This document shows, one piece after another, positions 21,040-31,476 of a DNA stretch of 64,000 nt. The DNA is taken from contig JAEOUA010000003.1 in the NCBI GenBank assembly GCA_016839555.1, forward strand, positions 288,001 to 352,000. Reading direction: 5' to 3'. A program made the position numbers and the translations under genes. Below the pieces are notes generated by a model. That model worked only from the letters and a program-made list of their open reading frames with translations. It was not told where the DNA came from and did not search any database. Positions within the stretch are counted from its first letter, which is position 1. The number at the start of each line of letters is the position of its first letter. The DNA is from Promethearchaeota archaeon. Its GTDB lineage: Archaea > Asgardarchaeota > Lokiarchaeia > Sigyniarchaeales > SOKP01.

Positions 21040-22743
21040 CTAAGTGGGTATGTTTCTCATTCTCCTTCCAAAGAGGTATATCGCCCCAATGAAAATACTA
21101 CTCAAAGTTATTGGGATGAAAATCATTGGAGGGAAGCTTGGTATTTGCGCTTCCGTAGGGGTTGGAAGTAGGAGAAATAAAAGTGAAGGTTGTTGAAACT
21201 CAGAATCTAAAATTAAATATGCTTGTCCCGCCCAGATCCCGCCCTCAGCATTTCCATGTGCTCCGATAAGGATATCATCGTAATCATCCCCATTCACATC
21301 GCCCGCCCCCGCCACCGAGCCTCCCGCTTCATCATCCAAATGTTCTCCTATAAAGGAAACATCTGCAGTTGAAAGATCAGTATCCATAGTCCAGCCCGAT
21401 GCTTTTCCGAGAATCAAATAAGCTTGTCCCGCACCGAACCCGCCCTCAGCATTTCCATGTGCTCCGATAAGGATATCATCGTAATCATCCCCATTCACAT
21501 CGCCCGCCCCCGCCACCGAAGATCCCGCATAATCACCTGCTGCCTCCCCTATGAAGGAGGCATTCGCATTTGTCAAATTCACATCCATAGCCCAGCCCGA
21601 TGCTTTTCCGAGAATCAAATAAGCTTGTCCCGCATAGGACCCGCCCTCAGCATTATAAAGTGCTCCTATGAGGATATCATCGTAATCATCCCCATTCACA
21701 TCGCCCGCGCCCGCTACTGACTCTCCCGCATCATCACCTGCTGCCTCCCCTATGAAGGAGGCATTTGCATTCGTCAAATTCACATCCATAGCCCAGCCCG
21801 ATTCCTTTCCGAGAATCAGATATGCTTGTCCCGCATCGGACCCGCCCTCATCATTATAAAGTGCTCCGACGAGGATATCATCGTAATCATCCCCATTCAC
21901 ATCGCCCGCGCCCGCTACTGACTCTCCCGCATCATCACCTGCTGCCTCCCCTATGAAGGAGGCATCTGCATTTGAAAGAGGAGTATCCATAGCCCAGCCC
22001 GATGCTTTTCCGAGAATCAAATAAGCTTGTCCCGCACTGGACTCGCCTTCACTATTTAAATGTGCTCCGATAAGGATATCATCGTAATCATCCCCATTCA
22101 CATCGCCCGCACCCGCCACCGAATATCCCGCATAATCACCTGCTGCCTCCCCTATAAAGGAGGCATTCACATTCGCCAAATTCACATCCATAGCCCAGCC
22201 CGATTCCTTTCCGAGAATCAGATATGCTTGTCCCGCATCGGACCCGCCCTCAGCATTTCCCCATGCTCCGATGAGGATATCATCATAGGTGTCATTATTG
22301 ACATCGCCCACGCCCGCCACCGAATATCCCGCAGCATCACCTGCTGCCTCCCCTATGAAGGAGGCATTCGCATTTGTCAAATTCACATCCATAGCCCAGC
22401 CCGATGCTTTTCCGAGAATAAGATAAGCTTGTCCCGCACCGCCCCCGCCCTCAGCATTTCCCCATGCTCCGATGAGGATATCATCTTTCCCATCCCCATT
22501 CACATCACCCACGCCCGCCACCGAATATCCAGCATAATCAAATGCTGCCTCCCCTATGAAGGAGGCATCTGCATTCGTCAAATTCATATCCATTTTCAAT
22601 ACCGCACTATGTGGAGAACTCAGATTGTTTATAACCCCTATATATTGGTTCTTAGCTTCTATCATATTTGCAATACTCATAAAACATAAAATAACAAGTA
22701 ATAACATTATAATTTTAGCTTTTTTAACAATCATTTTCATCAC
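21040..22743 (-). CDS. Secreted FG-GAP (integrin-alpha-like) 7-blade beta-propeller protein with a C-terminal membrane anchor (Loki-CTERM-like)
   Basis: Signal peptide, seven 67-aa repeats with GDVNGDxxDDILIGA Ca-binding loops, then IPSF, a TM helix and a basic tail. Confidence 0.9.
   Translation of the reverse strand: MMKMIVKKAKIIMLLLVILCFMSIANMIEAKNQYIGVINNLSSPHSAVLKMDMNLTNADASFIGEAAFDYAGYSVAGVGDVNGDGKDDILIGAWGNAEGGGGAGQAYLILGKASGWAMDVNLTNANASFIGEAAGDAAGYSVAGVGDVNNDTYDDILIGAWGNAEGGSDAGQAYLILGKESGWAMDVNLANVNASFIGEAAGDYAGYSVAGAGDVNGDDYDDILIGAHLNSEGESSAGQAYLILGKASGWAMDTPLSNADASFIGEAAGDDAGESVAGAGDVNGDDYDDILVGALYNDEGGSDAGQAYLILGKESGWAMDVNLTNANASFIGEAAGDDAGESVAGAGDVNGDDYDDILIGALYNAEGGSYAGQAYLILGKASGWAMDVNLTNANASFIGEAAGDYAGSSVAGAGDVNGDDYDDILIGAHGNAEGGFGAGQAYLILGKASGWTMDTDLSTADVSFIGEHLDDEAGGSVAGAGDVNGDDYDDILIGAHGNAEGGIWAGQAYLILDSEFQQPSLLFLLLPTPTEAQIPSFPPMIFIPITLSSIFIGAIYLFGRRMRNIPT
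21215..22580 (-). repeat. About 7 tandem 201-bp coding repeats (FG-GAP blades)
   Basis: ccagcccga at 21391 and 21592 (period 201); 95-nt identical block at 21670-21764 and 21871-21965. Confidence 0.95.
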
Positions 22744-23084
22744 TCTATTAAAATCTTTAATTAAAATCTATTTTACAACGGTCTTTAGTGTTCTTATAAT
22801 TTTTAATAGATTTCAATAATTCAAACTGTTTACATTATATTTAAATATTATTTTTTTTTTTTTTAAAAAAAGAGACGAGAAGATAGATATGAATCATAAT
22901 TTCCTTAATGAGTATGAATATCATTATAAATACAATTTACCATTCTCTGATTATCCTGTAATGAATAAAGAAAGATTGATAAAACAGCTATAAGAAAAGA
23001 ACTCTGATTTTTAGGAAGAGATTATTTGAACGATTACAGCGTTCCCAAAATTTTTGATATAAAAGAGTTTTACTAATAAAAAAA

Positions 23085-23516
23085 TTATTTTGAATATATA
23101 CGATTAATTAATACACGGTTTCCAGGAAATCTCCAGAATTCAACCTGACTTTTAGCCATATTTTCAGGATGAGCCCGTAACTCTTTTATTTTTTCTCGCA
23201 TTTCTTCATTTTCTGGCCATCTTACGTCAAAAGACTCGTAAGTAGAGAGATCCATTATATTGATTGTATTCTCATCAATATAATTGACTTGAGCATTGCC
23301 TTTTTCCACTTGAGGGACTTCTACTAAATCGCCACTAGGAAAAGTGAGGGATCTCTTTTTATCGTCAAAAATCCCAATACAAACAACTCTGACTTTTGCA
23401 TGGCCGTGCTTCCCACTTTTCGAACGCTCTGTACTTTTAATGATGCAAGGTTCCCCTTCTATAATAATATAATTGCCATCCTTCAATTTCTGTATTTCTT
23501 TTCTCTCAATCGAAAT
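23085..23516 (-). CDS. eif5a: Translation factor aIF5A/eIF5A; probable ATT start at 23516 (alternative TTG at 23486)
   Basis: SKSGKHGHAK hypusine motif; AGGTGA SD 6 nt before ATT-TCG-ATT-GAG. Confidence 0.93.
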   Translation of the reverse strand: MSIERKEIQKLKDGNYIIIEGEPCIIKSTERSKSGKHGHAKVRVVCIGIFDDKKRSLTFPSGDLVEVPQVEKGNAQVNYIDENTINIMDLSTYESFDVRWPENEEMREKIKELRAHPENMAKSQVEFWRFPGNRVLINRIYSK

Positions 23517-23696
23517 AGTTAATCACCTTACTGTATTAAAACCCTTATTTTTAATTAGTTTTATGATTTTATATGAAATTTATATGAAAATTCAAATAAA
23601 GATTTATCTGATTTATCTTATATCTAGCATTTATCTGATATATAGTATTTTTAAAATTAATATTTTCAAATAAAAAAAACAGTATCATTTGTAATA

Positions 23697-24611
23697 ATGA
23701 CGAGTAAAGGCATTTTAATCGCAACTCGTATGGATAAAAAGAAAGCTGTGGAATTAACACGTTCAATTTTTAATTTCCTACGAAAAAAAAATATTGATGT
23801 ATATGTGGAGACCAGACTCTCTCCCAAATTTGATGGACTGTATGCAAAAGATTTAAGTACGGTTACTGCCGATCTAATAGATTGTGTTATAGTTGTGGGC
23901 GGCGATGGGACAATTATGCGGGTTTCTAATAGTTTAAATCAAAGCAATCCTCCTCCTATTTTAGGGGTCAATATTGGTTCTATTGGCTTTTTGGATGAAA
24001 CTAATGAAAGAAAAGTCTTTAAAGATTTAGAAAAAGTAATAAATGAAGAATATATCATTGAGAAAGTAGCTAAAATTACAGCATATATTGCTAAAAAAAA
24101 CTCTGAGGAATTAAAATTAAGCAATTCATTGAATGAAATTCTTATAATATCTTCTAAAAGTTCAAAAGTCCTTCAAATTAGTGTAAAAATAAATGGTGTG
24201 TTCTTAAATCGAAGTTATTGCGATGGTATAATCCTCTCCACATCTACTGGATCAACAGCTTATAATCTTAGCGCAGGAGGCGCAATTGTGTTTCCCAACC
24301 TTAATATTATACAGTTAACCAGTTTAAATCCATTTGCCCGTGCAGGTTTGAAACCAATAATAGTCCCCATTGATTCTGAAATAGAAATTGAGCTGTTAAG
24401 ACCACGATTAAATGCAAAAATTATTATAGATGGTCAGCAAGAATATAAAGAGATTCAACCTGGAAGCTTAATAAGAATTAGAAAAGCAGACTCAGAATTT
24501 AAATTTATTCGTCTTTCAGATGATTTGTATAAGAATTATTTTAAACGTCTTAAGAAAAAAATAATAGGCGTTGGGCTAAAGGTACCATTAGAAGACAGTC
24601 CTGAAGAATAA
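23697..24611 (+). CDS. nadK: NAD(+) kinase
   Basis: GGDGT, GSIGFL, LNE and DG.ILSTSTGSTAYNLSAGG motifs. Confidence 0.95.
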   Translation: MTSKGILIATRMDKKKAVELTRSIFNFLRKKNIDVYVETRLSPKFDGLYAKDLSTVTADLIDCVIVVGGDGTIMRVSNSLNQSNPPPILGVNIGSIGFLDETNERKVFKDLEKVINEEYIIEKVAKITAYIAKKNSEELKLSNSLNEILIISSKSSKVLQISVKINGVFLNRSYCDGIILSTSTGSTAYNLSAGGAIVFPNLNIIQLTSLNPFARAGLKPIIVPIDSEIEIELLRPRLNAKIIIDGQQEYKEIQPGSLIRIRKADSEFKFIRLSDDLYKNYFKRLKKKIIGVGLKVPLEDSPEE

Positions 24612-24672
24612 ACCTTTTTTTCAATAATGCTTACACTTAGCAATCAAAATTAAATAAGGAATGAAATAAATT

Positions 24673-25227
24673 GTGAAAACTGAAATTGATAGGCTCTTAG
24701 TTTTTGATACCAATATTTTTCTCACTGGGATCGATTTTAATGTGATTAATGGAAATATTTTTACTATTCCGGAAGTTATTGATGAAATCAGAGTGGAAAG
24801 ATATGAAGAGAAAAATAGGAATATTTTAAATAGAATAACTTATGCAAGGGAGAAAAAAAATTTAATTTTTAAGGAACCCAGTGAAAAATATATAAATAAT
24901 GTTAGAAAGAGAGCAAAAATTACTAATGATTTAAGAGTTTTATCTGATGTAGATATAAAATTAATTGCTCTTGCGTTAGAATTACAGAGCAATACTAATA
25001 AAAGGGTAATTCTTTATACAAACGACTATTCTATGGAAAATTTATGTTCAGAGTTAAATATTACCTATTCTCCTTTAAAAAGAAGGGGGATTAAGAAAAA
25101 AATTCTATTTGAATTATATTGTCCTTTTTGTAATGAAGTTAAAAATACAGATCAAGAATTCTGTGAAAAATGTGGTTCTAAAATCAAAAGAAGACCAAAG
25201 AATCTCAAATATAATAGTGATAAATAA
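24673..25227 (+). CDS. nob1: Nob1-type PIN endonuclease with a Zn ribbon
   Basis: FDTN, LSDVD..LIALA, TNDYSM and CPFC...CEKCG motifs. Confidence 0.88.
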   Translation: MKTEIDRLLVFDTNIFLTGIDFNVINGNIFTIPEVIDEIRVERYEEKNRNILNRITYAREKKNLIFKEPSEKYINNVRKRAKITNDLRVLSDVDIKLIALALELQSNTNKRVILYTNDYSMENLCSELNITYSPLKRRGIKKKILFELYCPFCNEVKNTDQEFCEKCGSKIKRRPKNLKYNSDK

Positions 25228-25296
25228 ATACGACAATAGATATTTATATATTGAAAACGATTCAATTGGAAATATAATTAAAAGGAGAAATCGATT

Positions 25297-26352
25297 ATGG
25301 GAGTAAAAATTAATCAATTAGTGAATGAAGTTAAACGTTCTATCACATTTGAGAACCTTTATAATCGAGTAATCGCTATTGATGCTTTTAATACCATGTA
25401 TCAATTCTTAGCAATAATACGTCAAAGAGATGGGACCCCTTTAAAAGATTACCAAGGTAATGTTACTTCTCATCTTTCAGGACTTTTCTATAGAACAATT
25501 AATTTTATAGAACAAAATATTAAACCTGTGTATGTTTTTGATGGAGAACCATCAGAACTTAAATTTGATACAATAGAAAAAAGAAAAGAGGTAAAAAAAG
25601 AAGCCAAAGAAAAAATGATCGAAGCGCAAGAGAAAGGAGATATGATAGAAGCTAAAAAATATGCTCAAATGACTTCCAAACTCGATTCAGATATGATAGA
25701 GGAAAGCAAAAAGTTAATTGATTCCCTTGGTATTCCTATTATTCAAGCCCCATCAGAAGGAGAGGCTCAATCTGCCTATATGGTTCAGAAAGGACTTGCA
25801 TGGGCCTGTGCGAGCCAAGATTATGACACACTTTTGTTTGGTGCGGATAGATTAATAAGAAATTTTGCAGTAAAGAGAAGTAAAAAGGTTAAAAATACTA
25901 CAGTCATGTTAGATATTGAATATATTTCTCTCTCTAAATTTCTCAAACAGTATGAGATAACGAGAGAACAACTCATAGAAATGGGACTCTTAATTGGGAC
26001 TGATTTTTATCCAGGTATAAAAGGTATAGGTCAAAAAACCGCATTAGATTTGATAAAAACCCATGATTCTCTTGAAAATATGATTTCTAATGAAGTCAAA
26101 GCTGCGGGAAAGACGATAGATATTAATTTAGACATAGTTGACCAAGTTAAAGAAATTTTTTTACACCCTAAAATAGAAAAAGATTTAGCTCCTTTAAAGT
26201 GGAAAAATATTGAATATGAGAAAGTTAAGGAAATATTAGTAGAACAACATAATTTTTCAAACAAAAGAGTAGAAAATGCTTTGGATAGACTTAGAAAATT
26301 ATCATCGAATTCACTACAAGTTTCTTTAGATTCGTTTATTAGTAAAAAATAG
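25297..26352 (+). CDS. fen: Flap endonuclease 1
   Basis: MGVK, IDAFN..YQFLAIIR, APSEGEAQ, SQDYDTLLFG and GTDF motifs; PIP box QVSLDSF. Confidence 0.97.
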   Translation: MGVKINQLVNEVKRSITFENLYNRVIAIDAFNTMYQFLAIIRQRDGTPLKDYQGNVTSHLSGLFYRTINFIEQNIKPVYVFDGEPSELKFDTIEKRKEVKKEAKEKMIEAQEKGDMIEAKKYAQMTSKLDSDMIEESKKLIDSLGIPIIQAPSEGEAQSAYMVQKGLAWACASQDYDTLLFGADRLIRNFAVKRSKKVKNTTVMLDIEYISLSKFLKQYEITREQLIEMGLLIGTDFYPGIKGIGQKTALDLIKTHDSLENMISNEVKAAGKTIDINLDIVDQVKEIFLHPKIEKDLAPLKWKNIEYEKVKEILVEQHNFSNKRVENALDRLRKLSSNSLQVSLDSFISKK

Positions 26353-26484
26353 TGGTTCTAATAGACATTCACTAATTAAGTAGAAATAGAAAAAATTTTT
26401 ACAATACTATTAATTTTCATAATTAATATAACAAAAACTTCTTACTATAAATTTTTTTAAATATATCTAATAGTGAGGATAAAA

Positions 26485-28725
26485 ATGACAGCTTCTAATA
26501 GTAATGATGATGAAAAAAAAAATGATGAGAAACAAGAAACCATCACACTTCGTATTCAAAAGGCAAAAAAACGAGATATAGGTCGAAATATTATTCGAAT
26601 CGATCCCGAAACAATGGAGAAATTATCTATTCAAACCGGTGATGTTATTGCGATAAAAGGTAAAAAAGAATCTGTAGGAATAGCTTGGCCAAGTTATCCG
26701 CAAGACAATGGACTTGGGATTATTAGAATTGATTCTCGTCTTAGGAAAAATACAAATACCAGTATCGATGATACGATCGAGATACGAAAAGTGAATGCCG
26801 AGCCCGCCCGGACCGTGGTGTTGGCACCAGCTAACGTAAAGATTCGAAGCAATCCTCGGTTTGAGAGCTTTGTAAAAAGAAAATTGAACAATTTTCCTCT
26901 GACAATAGACGACATTATCCTTATCTCAATTGGTATAAGTAGGGAAATTACATTTAAAGTAATTAACTTGAGACCAGAGGGAGTCTGTATCATAAAGCCA
27001 GAAACGAACTTAAGCATTAGTGAGCGCATTACAGAAGAGGAAGAAAAAGGTGCGATGTATGTTACGTACGAAGATGTTGGTGGCTTAGATAATGAAATAC
27101 AGAGAGTAAGAGAGATGGTAGAATTACCATTAAGACATCCTTCGCTATTTAAGCGCTTAGGCATTGATCCTCCTAAAGGAGTATTACTTCGCGGACCTCC
27201 TGGTTGTGGTAAAACATTACTTGCGCGCGCAGTAGCAAATGAAAGTGAAGCCCATTTTATATCGATTAATGGTCCAGAGATAATGAGCAAATTTTACGGG
27301 GAATCTGAGAAAAAATTACGGAAATTATTTATAGAAGCTGAAGAAGAAAGTCCTTCTATTATTTTTATTGATGAAATCGATGCCATTGCCCCTAAAAGGG
27401 AAACTGTCACTGGAGAAGTGGAAAGAAGAGTGGTAGCCCAACTCTTAGCATTAATGGATGGTTTGCATAGTAGGGGAAGGGTAATTGTGATTGGAGCTAC
27501 TAATCGACCCAATAGTTTAGATTCAGCATTAAGAAGACCAGGAAGATTCGACCGCGAAATAGAAATTAAGGTTCCAAATGAGAAAGGTAGAAGAGAGATT
27601 TTCCAAATTCACACTCGCACAATGCCTCTTGATGATAAAAAAGAATTAATAAAGGAATTTTCAAAAATTACCCATGGTTTTGTAGGGGCCGATATATCTG
27701 CAGTGTGTAGGGAAGCAGCAATGTCTGCTTTACGTCGATACTTACCGCAAATTAATTTAGAATCAGAAATGATTAATCCTGAGCTCTTAGAACAAATAAA
27801 AGTCACAAAGGAAGACTTCAACCAGGCATTAAAAGAAGTTATGCCCTCAGGTATAAGAGAAGTTTTTGTAGAAATCCCTAATGTGAGCTGGGAAGATGTA
27901 GGTGGTTTGAACGAACAGAAGCAAAAATTGATCGAAGCAGTAGATTGGCCAATTTCTGATCCCAAGATTTTTGAAAGAATGGGAATCAAACCTCCTAAAG
28001 GTATTTTATTATTTGGACCTCCTGGATGTGGTAAAACCTTATTAGCAAGAGCAGTATCCTCTGAAAGCAAAGCAAATTTCATTTCAATAAAAGGTCCCGA
28101 ATTATTATCAAAATGGGTTGGTGAAAGTGAAAAAGCAATACGAGAGGTATTTCGAAAAGCAAAAATGGCCGCACCATGCATCATCTTCTTTGATGAATTT
28201 GATTCAATCGCCCCCAGTAGAGGTCGATATACTTCTGATTCTGGAGTGACAGAAAAAGTGCTCTCTCAATTTTTAACTGAACTCGATGGATTGGAAGTTA
28301 TGAAGGATATTATCGTAATCGCCGCTACTAATAGACCAGATATTTTAGATCCCGCATTAATTAGACCTGGCAGAATAGATAGAGTGTTATATATTCCTCC
28401 TCCTGATAAAAATGAGCGTCTCGCCATTTTAAAAATATTTACGGAAAAAATGCCGTTAGCATCCAATATCGACCTACAAGACTTAGTCAAAATGACTGAA
28501 AATTTTTCTGGAGCCGATATTGAATCATGGTGTCGAGAAGCTGCTATGGAAGCGCTGAGAGAGAATATTCGTGCCAGAAAAGTTTTTATAGAACATTTCA
28601 AAAAAGCTAAAGAAAATCTTCATCCCTCAATAAGTCCTGAGATTACCAAATGGTACGAAGAATTTGGAAAAACGCTTAAAAGAAGAAAAATTGAGAGGCA
28701 AGAAGGAGAAAAATTGTTTGTATAA
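26485..28725 (+). CDS. cdc48: CDC48/VCP AAA+ ATPase
   Basis: N domain plus two AAA modules (GPPGCGKT twice, DEID/DEFD, RPGR); ATG at 26485 preferred as start. Confidence 0.97.
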   Translation: MTASNSNDDEKKNDEKQETITLRIQKAKKRDIGRNIIRIDPETMEKLSIQTGDVIAIKGKKESVGIAWPSYPQDNGLGIIRIDSRLRKNTNTSIDDTIEIRKVNAEPARTVVLAPANVKIRSNPRFESFVKRKLNNFPLTIDDIILISIGISREITFKVINLRPEGVCIIKPETNLSISERITEEEEKGAMYVTYEDVGGLDNEIQRVREMVELPLRHPSLFKRLGIDPPKGVLLRGPPGCGKTLLARAVANESEAHFISINGPEIMSKFYGESEKKLRKLFIEAEEESPSIIFIDEIDAIAPKRETVTGEVERRVVAQLLALMDGLHSRGRVIVIGATNRPNSLDSALRRPGRFDREIEIKVPNEKGRREIFQIHTRTMPLDDKKELIKEFSKITHGFVGADISAVCREAAMSALRRYLPQINLESEMINPELLEQIKVTKEDFNQALKEVMPSGIREVFVEIPNVSWEDVGGLNEQKQKLIEAVDWPISDPKIFERMGIKPPKGILLFGPPGCGKTLLARAVSSESKANFISIKGPELLSKWVGESEKAIREVFRKAKMAAPCIIFFDEFDSIAPSRGRYTSDSGVTEKVLSQFLTELDGLEVMKDIIVIAATNRPDILDPALIRPGRIDRVLYIPPPDKNERLAILKIFTEKMPLASNIDLQDLVKMTENFSGADIESWCREAAMEALRENIRARKVFIEHFKKAKENLHPSISPEITKWYEEFGKTLKRRKIERQEGEKLFV

Positions 28726-28837
28726 CATTTTTCTTATCTAAAAATTATAATTTTTTAAAAATATATATTAAAAACTAAAAATTATTTAAAAAATAAAAGC
28801 TATAAATTGTAATAAACAAAGAGAAGGAGTTGGTTTT

Positions 28838-29110
28838 TTGAAAACAAAATATTGGAACATTAACCCGATTATAAATGCTATTATTGATATTCTTATTGAT
28901 AATAAGGGTGAGGTTCTGGATAAAAGGATTGAAGAATTACTGAATAAGGATTATAAATATATTAATAATTATTATTTACAAGAAATTTTCATGAAAATGG
29001 AAAGCGCTAATATCATTAAAGTCTTTCGAATAAGCAAAAATAAGAAAAGAATTATTTTAAACAAAGATACGAATACTATCAGAAAAAAATTAATCAAAGA
29101 ATTACTCTAA
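28838..29110 (+). CDS. Small winged-helix-like hypothetical protein downstream of CDC48
   Basis: GGAG SD + TTG start; helix-helix-beta-hairpin pattern (FMKMESANIIKV...KKRI). Confidence 0.6.
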   Translation: MKTKYWNINPIINAIIDILIDNKGEVLDKRIEELLNKDYKYINNYYLQEIFMKMESANIIKVFRISKNKKRIILNKDTNTIRKKLIKELL

Positions 29111-30622
29111 TTTTTCCTGCCAATGTTGGCAGACTTCCGCTAAACTGATATCTTCTGATTCAGACTTGAAATGCCTTTCTCTGACATCAATAAATATAGG
29201 ATAGTTCACTGCATTTCCCATTAATAACATCTCGCCAACACCCAAGGTGGAAATCATATCCGCATATTTTTTAGTAATTGCTTCAGAACTATCCATTAGA
29301 TGTTTTAAATCGTATGGATTTTTAATATTTAAAATCATCTTGGAATTCATTTGAGATAATGCTGTTGTACTCAATCGTTTCGGTCTCTGACTAATTAAAC
29401 ATAAACATGCCAAAAACTTTCTTCCCTCTCGAGAAATTGTTTCTAAGATCGATTTCGAAATCGCTTTCGAAAGGGCTGCTTCTGGACAGAATTGGTGAGC
29501 CTCTTCCACTATTAAAAAAAATGGCGGGACCATATCCATCCGGCGTAGATAAAAAAGACGATTGCAAAGATAATCTACAATTATTTGTTTTTTCCTAATA
29601 CTAATTTCTTTTTCTAATGAAAGGATGACCATTTCTCCTTCATTAAGAATATTTTTTAACTTAGGATTTTCCATCGCACCAAAAAGATTTAATCGATCTA
29701 ATTCATTCAACCAACCAATAAGTGCTTGTTTTGTGCTTTTATTGGTATCTGGGTCTTCTTCTATAAAATCCATTAAATCCGAGAGGCTATATTTCCCATT
29801 TTTTTCTTCATCTTTAATTAATTCTTGAATATATTTTGATAATTCGCGTATTTGAACATGCGAAATCTGGTTTTGATATTTCCTAAATGTCCATGCAGAA
29901 AGGTTTGAAGTGGAAATTTGAAAATAAGTAGTATCATACACTTGTATTTTGTCTTTAAATTGTGGGACATCTTTGAGATAGAGATATTCTCCATGCACAT
30001 CAATTAAAACTATCGCAGGTGTACCATTTTTTCGTGATAATAATTCTTCTATAAGTACTGAGGTGAGATAACTTTTTCCCCCACCTGATATCGATAATAT
30101 TGCAAGATGTTTATTCAATAAGCGATCCATATTAATTAATGCCTTATAATTAGTGACTTTCACCGTACCTACATCTAATCCGTCTTCAGTATCGAATCCA
30201 ATAAATTGAGTTAATATTGATTCATCAACAACATAAACTGGCGCACCAGGCGTAGCGGGATAGCTCATTCTGCGTAATTTTTTCATGAGTTCTGGATTTT
30301 GCTTATTGAATTCTATAATTCCAAGGCACTTCACAATTGCTATTGCAAATTCAAAATCATCGCTGGGAAATAATCCTTTTAATATGTTTGGATTTTTATT
30401 TTCATCATAAGCCTTAATAGTAAGCCCATCGGAAAAATATTCATTTAATAAGATGATTTCTTCAATGATGCCAAGTAAATATCCTTCATCTGATTTTGTA
30501 GAAACAAATAACCCTTTTCTCACAAAAATTCCATTTTTCTGCTTCTTGTTAATAATAAAGGGAAATTTAGAAACATTTGGGAAGTCTTGAAAACTAAATA
30601 CCGTTCCAACTTTGGTTGACAT
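29102..30622 (-). CDS. HerA-like (DUF87) ATPase
   Basis: HLAILSISGGGKS, IDVHGEY, EEAHQF, SREGRKF and SQRP motifs. Confidence 0.88.
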   Translation of the reverse strand: MSTKVGTVFSFQDFPNVSKFPFIINKKQKNGIFVRKGLFVSTKSDEGYLLGIIEEIILLNEYFSDGLTIKAYDENKNPNILKGLFPSDDFEFAIAIVKCLGIIEFNKQNPELMKKLRRMSYPATPGAPVYVVDESILTQFIGFDTEDGLDVGTVKVTNYKALINMDRLLNKHLAILSISGGGKSYLTSVLIEELLSRKNGTPAIVLIDVHGEYLYLKDVPQFKDKIQVYDTTYFQISTSNLSAWTFRKYQNQISHVQIRELSKYIQELIKDEEKNGKYSLSDLMDFIEEDPDTNKSTKQALIGWLNELDRLNLFGAMENPKLKNILNEGEMVILSLEKEISIRKKQIIVDYLCNRLFYLRRMDMVPPFFLIVEEAHQFCPEAALSKAISKSILETISREGRKFLACLCLISQRPKRLSTTALSQMNSKMILNIKNPYDLKHLMDSSEAITKKYADMISTLGVGEMLLMGNAVNYPIFIDVRERHFKSESEDISLAEVCQHWQEKLE

Positions 30623-30752
30623 AGTCTTCCTTTTGGAGATATAAGAATCTTTTAGTTATACTCTAAATTAATTAATGATTTAAATAAAACCACTCCCTTG
30701 ATTTTCTAAATCTAAACTTAAGAAAATGAGAGAAAAAAGAGGTGATATGAAT

Positions 30753-31340
30753 TTATTCCGACATTTTATAGATAATTTTAGCTATAAAGTAAAATCCATT
30801 CCTAATAATATAAACTAAGAAGAGTATGATGCCAATTATTATAAAAACTAAGATACCTATAGATAAAATTAACGTTCCTATTGATAAAGTTATAATTGAA
30901 ATTAATGACATCAATAAGCTATCTCCTGAGCCAGAAGAGGTATTTAATATAATTGCTATAGATATTGCAATCAGAACACCGATAGTGCTGACAATAAATC
31001 CGCCAGCAACAATCTTTATCCCAAGCCGATCTCGATATTGTTCTTCTAATTCTTTTTTGGTATAGAGAGTTTTGAGGATTCGTTTTTTCCCCCTTCTATA
31101 AAATCCCACGAAAAAGACCAATAAAATGAATACAAATAAGAAAAACCCAAAAATCCCAACAAGCAGGTATCCTATATTTTTAGAGAAATAATCCTGCACT
31201 CCTTGTAATGGATTAAATATATCCACAAGAGTCCATACACTTCCGACAATAGTGATGAACCATCCAACTACTGAAACTAAATAAAATAAAGTTCCAATAT
31301 TTTCTTGCTTATCACTATAAATTGCATAATTTTCTTCCAT
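30753..31340 (-). CDS. Hypothetical 4-TM membrane protein
   Basis: Four hydrophobic segments. Confidence 0.7.
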   Translation of the reverse strand: MEENYAIYSDKQENIGTLFYLVSVVGWFITIVGSVWTLVDIFNPLQGVQDYFSKNIGYLLVGIFGFFLFVFILLVFFVGFYRRGKKRILKTLYTKKELEEQYRDRLGIKIVAGGFIVSTIGVLIAISIAIILNTSSGSGDSLLMSLISIITLSIGTLILSIGILVFIIIGIILFLVYIIRNGFYFIAKIIYKMSE

Positions 31341-31476
31341 AGTTTTTCACACGTGAATTAATACTTAAATTTTAATAAATATATAGATTTTTGATATTTA
31401 TTTTTTTATTTCAAGATTTTTATATAAAAAGTTTTGAGTAATTGAAGTATAAAATTTAATAGAAAAATAGAGAAAT

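Noticed and set aside
21215-22580. Tandem repeats as a CRISPR array or DGR target
   Set aside because: The period is 201 nt, in frame and protein-coding, with no unique spacers; no cas or reverse transcriptase gene is in the window
26031-28601. Long antisense ORFs over fen/cdc48 (also 836-1204, 22060-22689 and similar)
   Set aside because: Shadow frames of well-supported genes with no motifs
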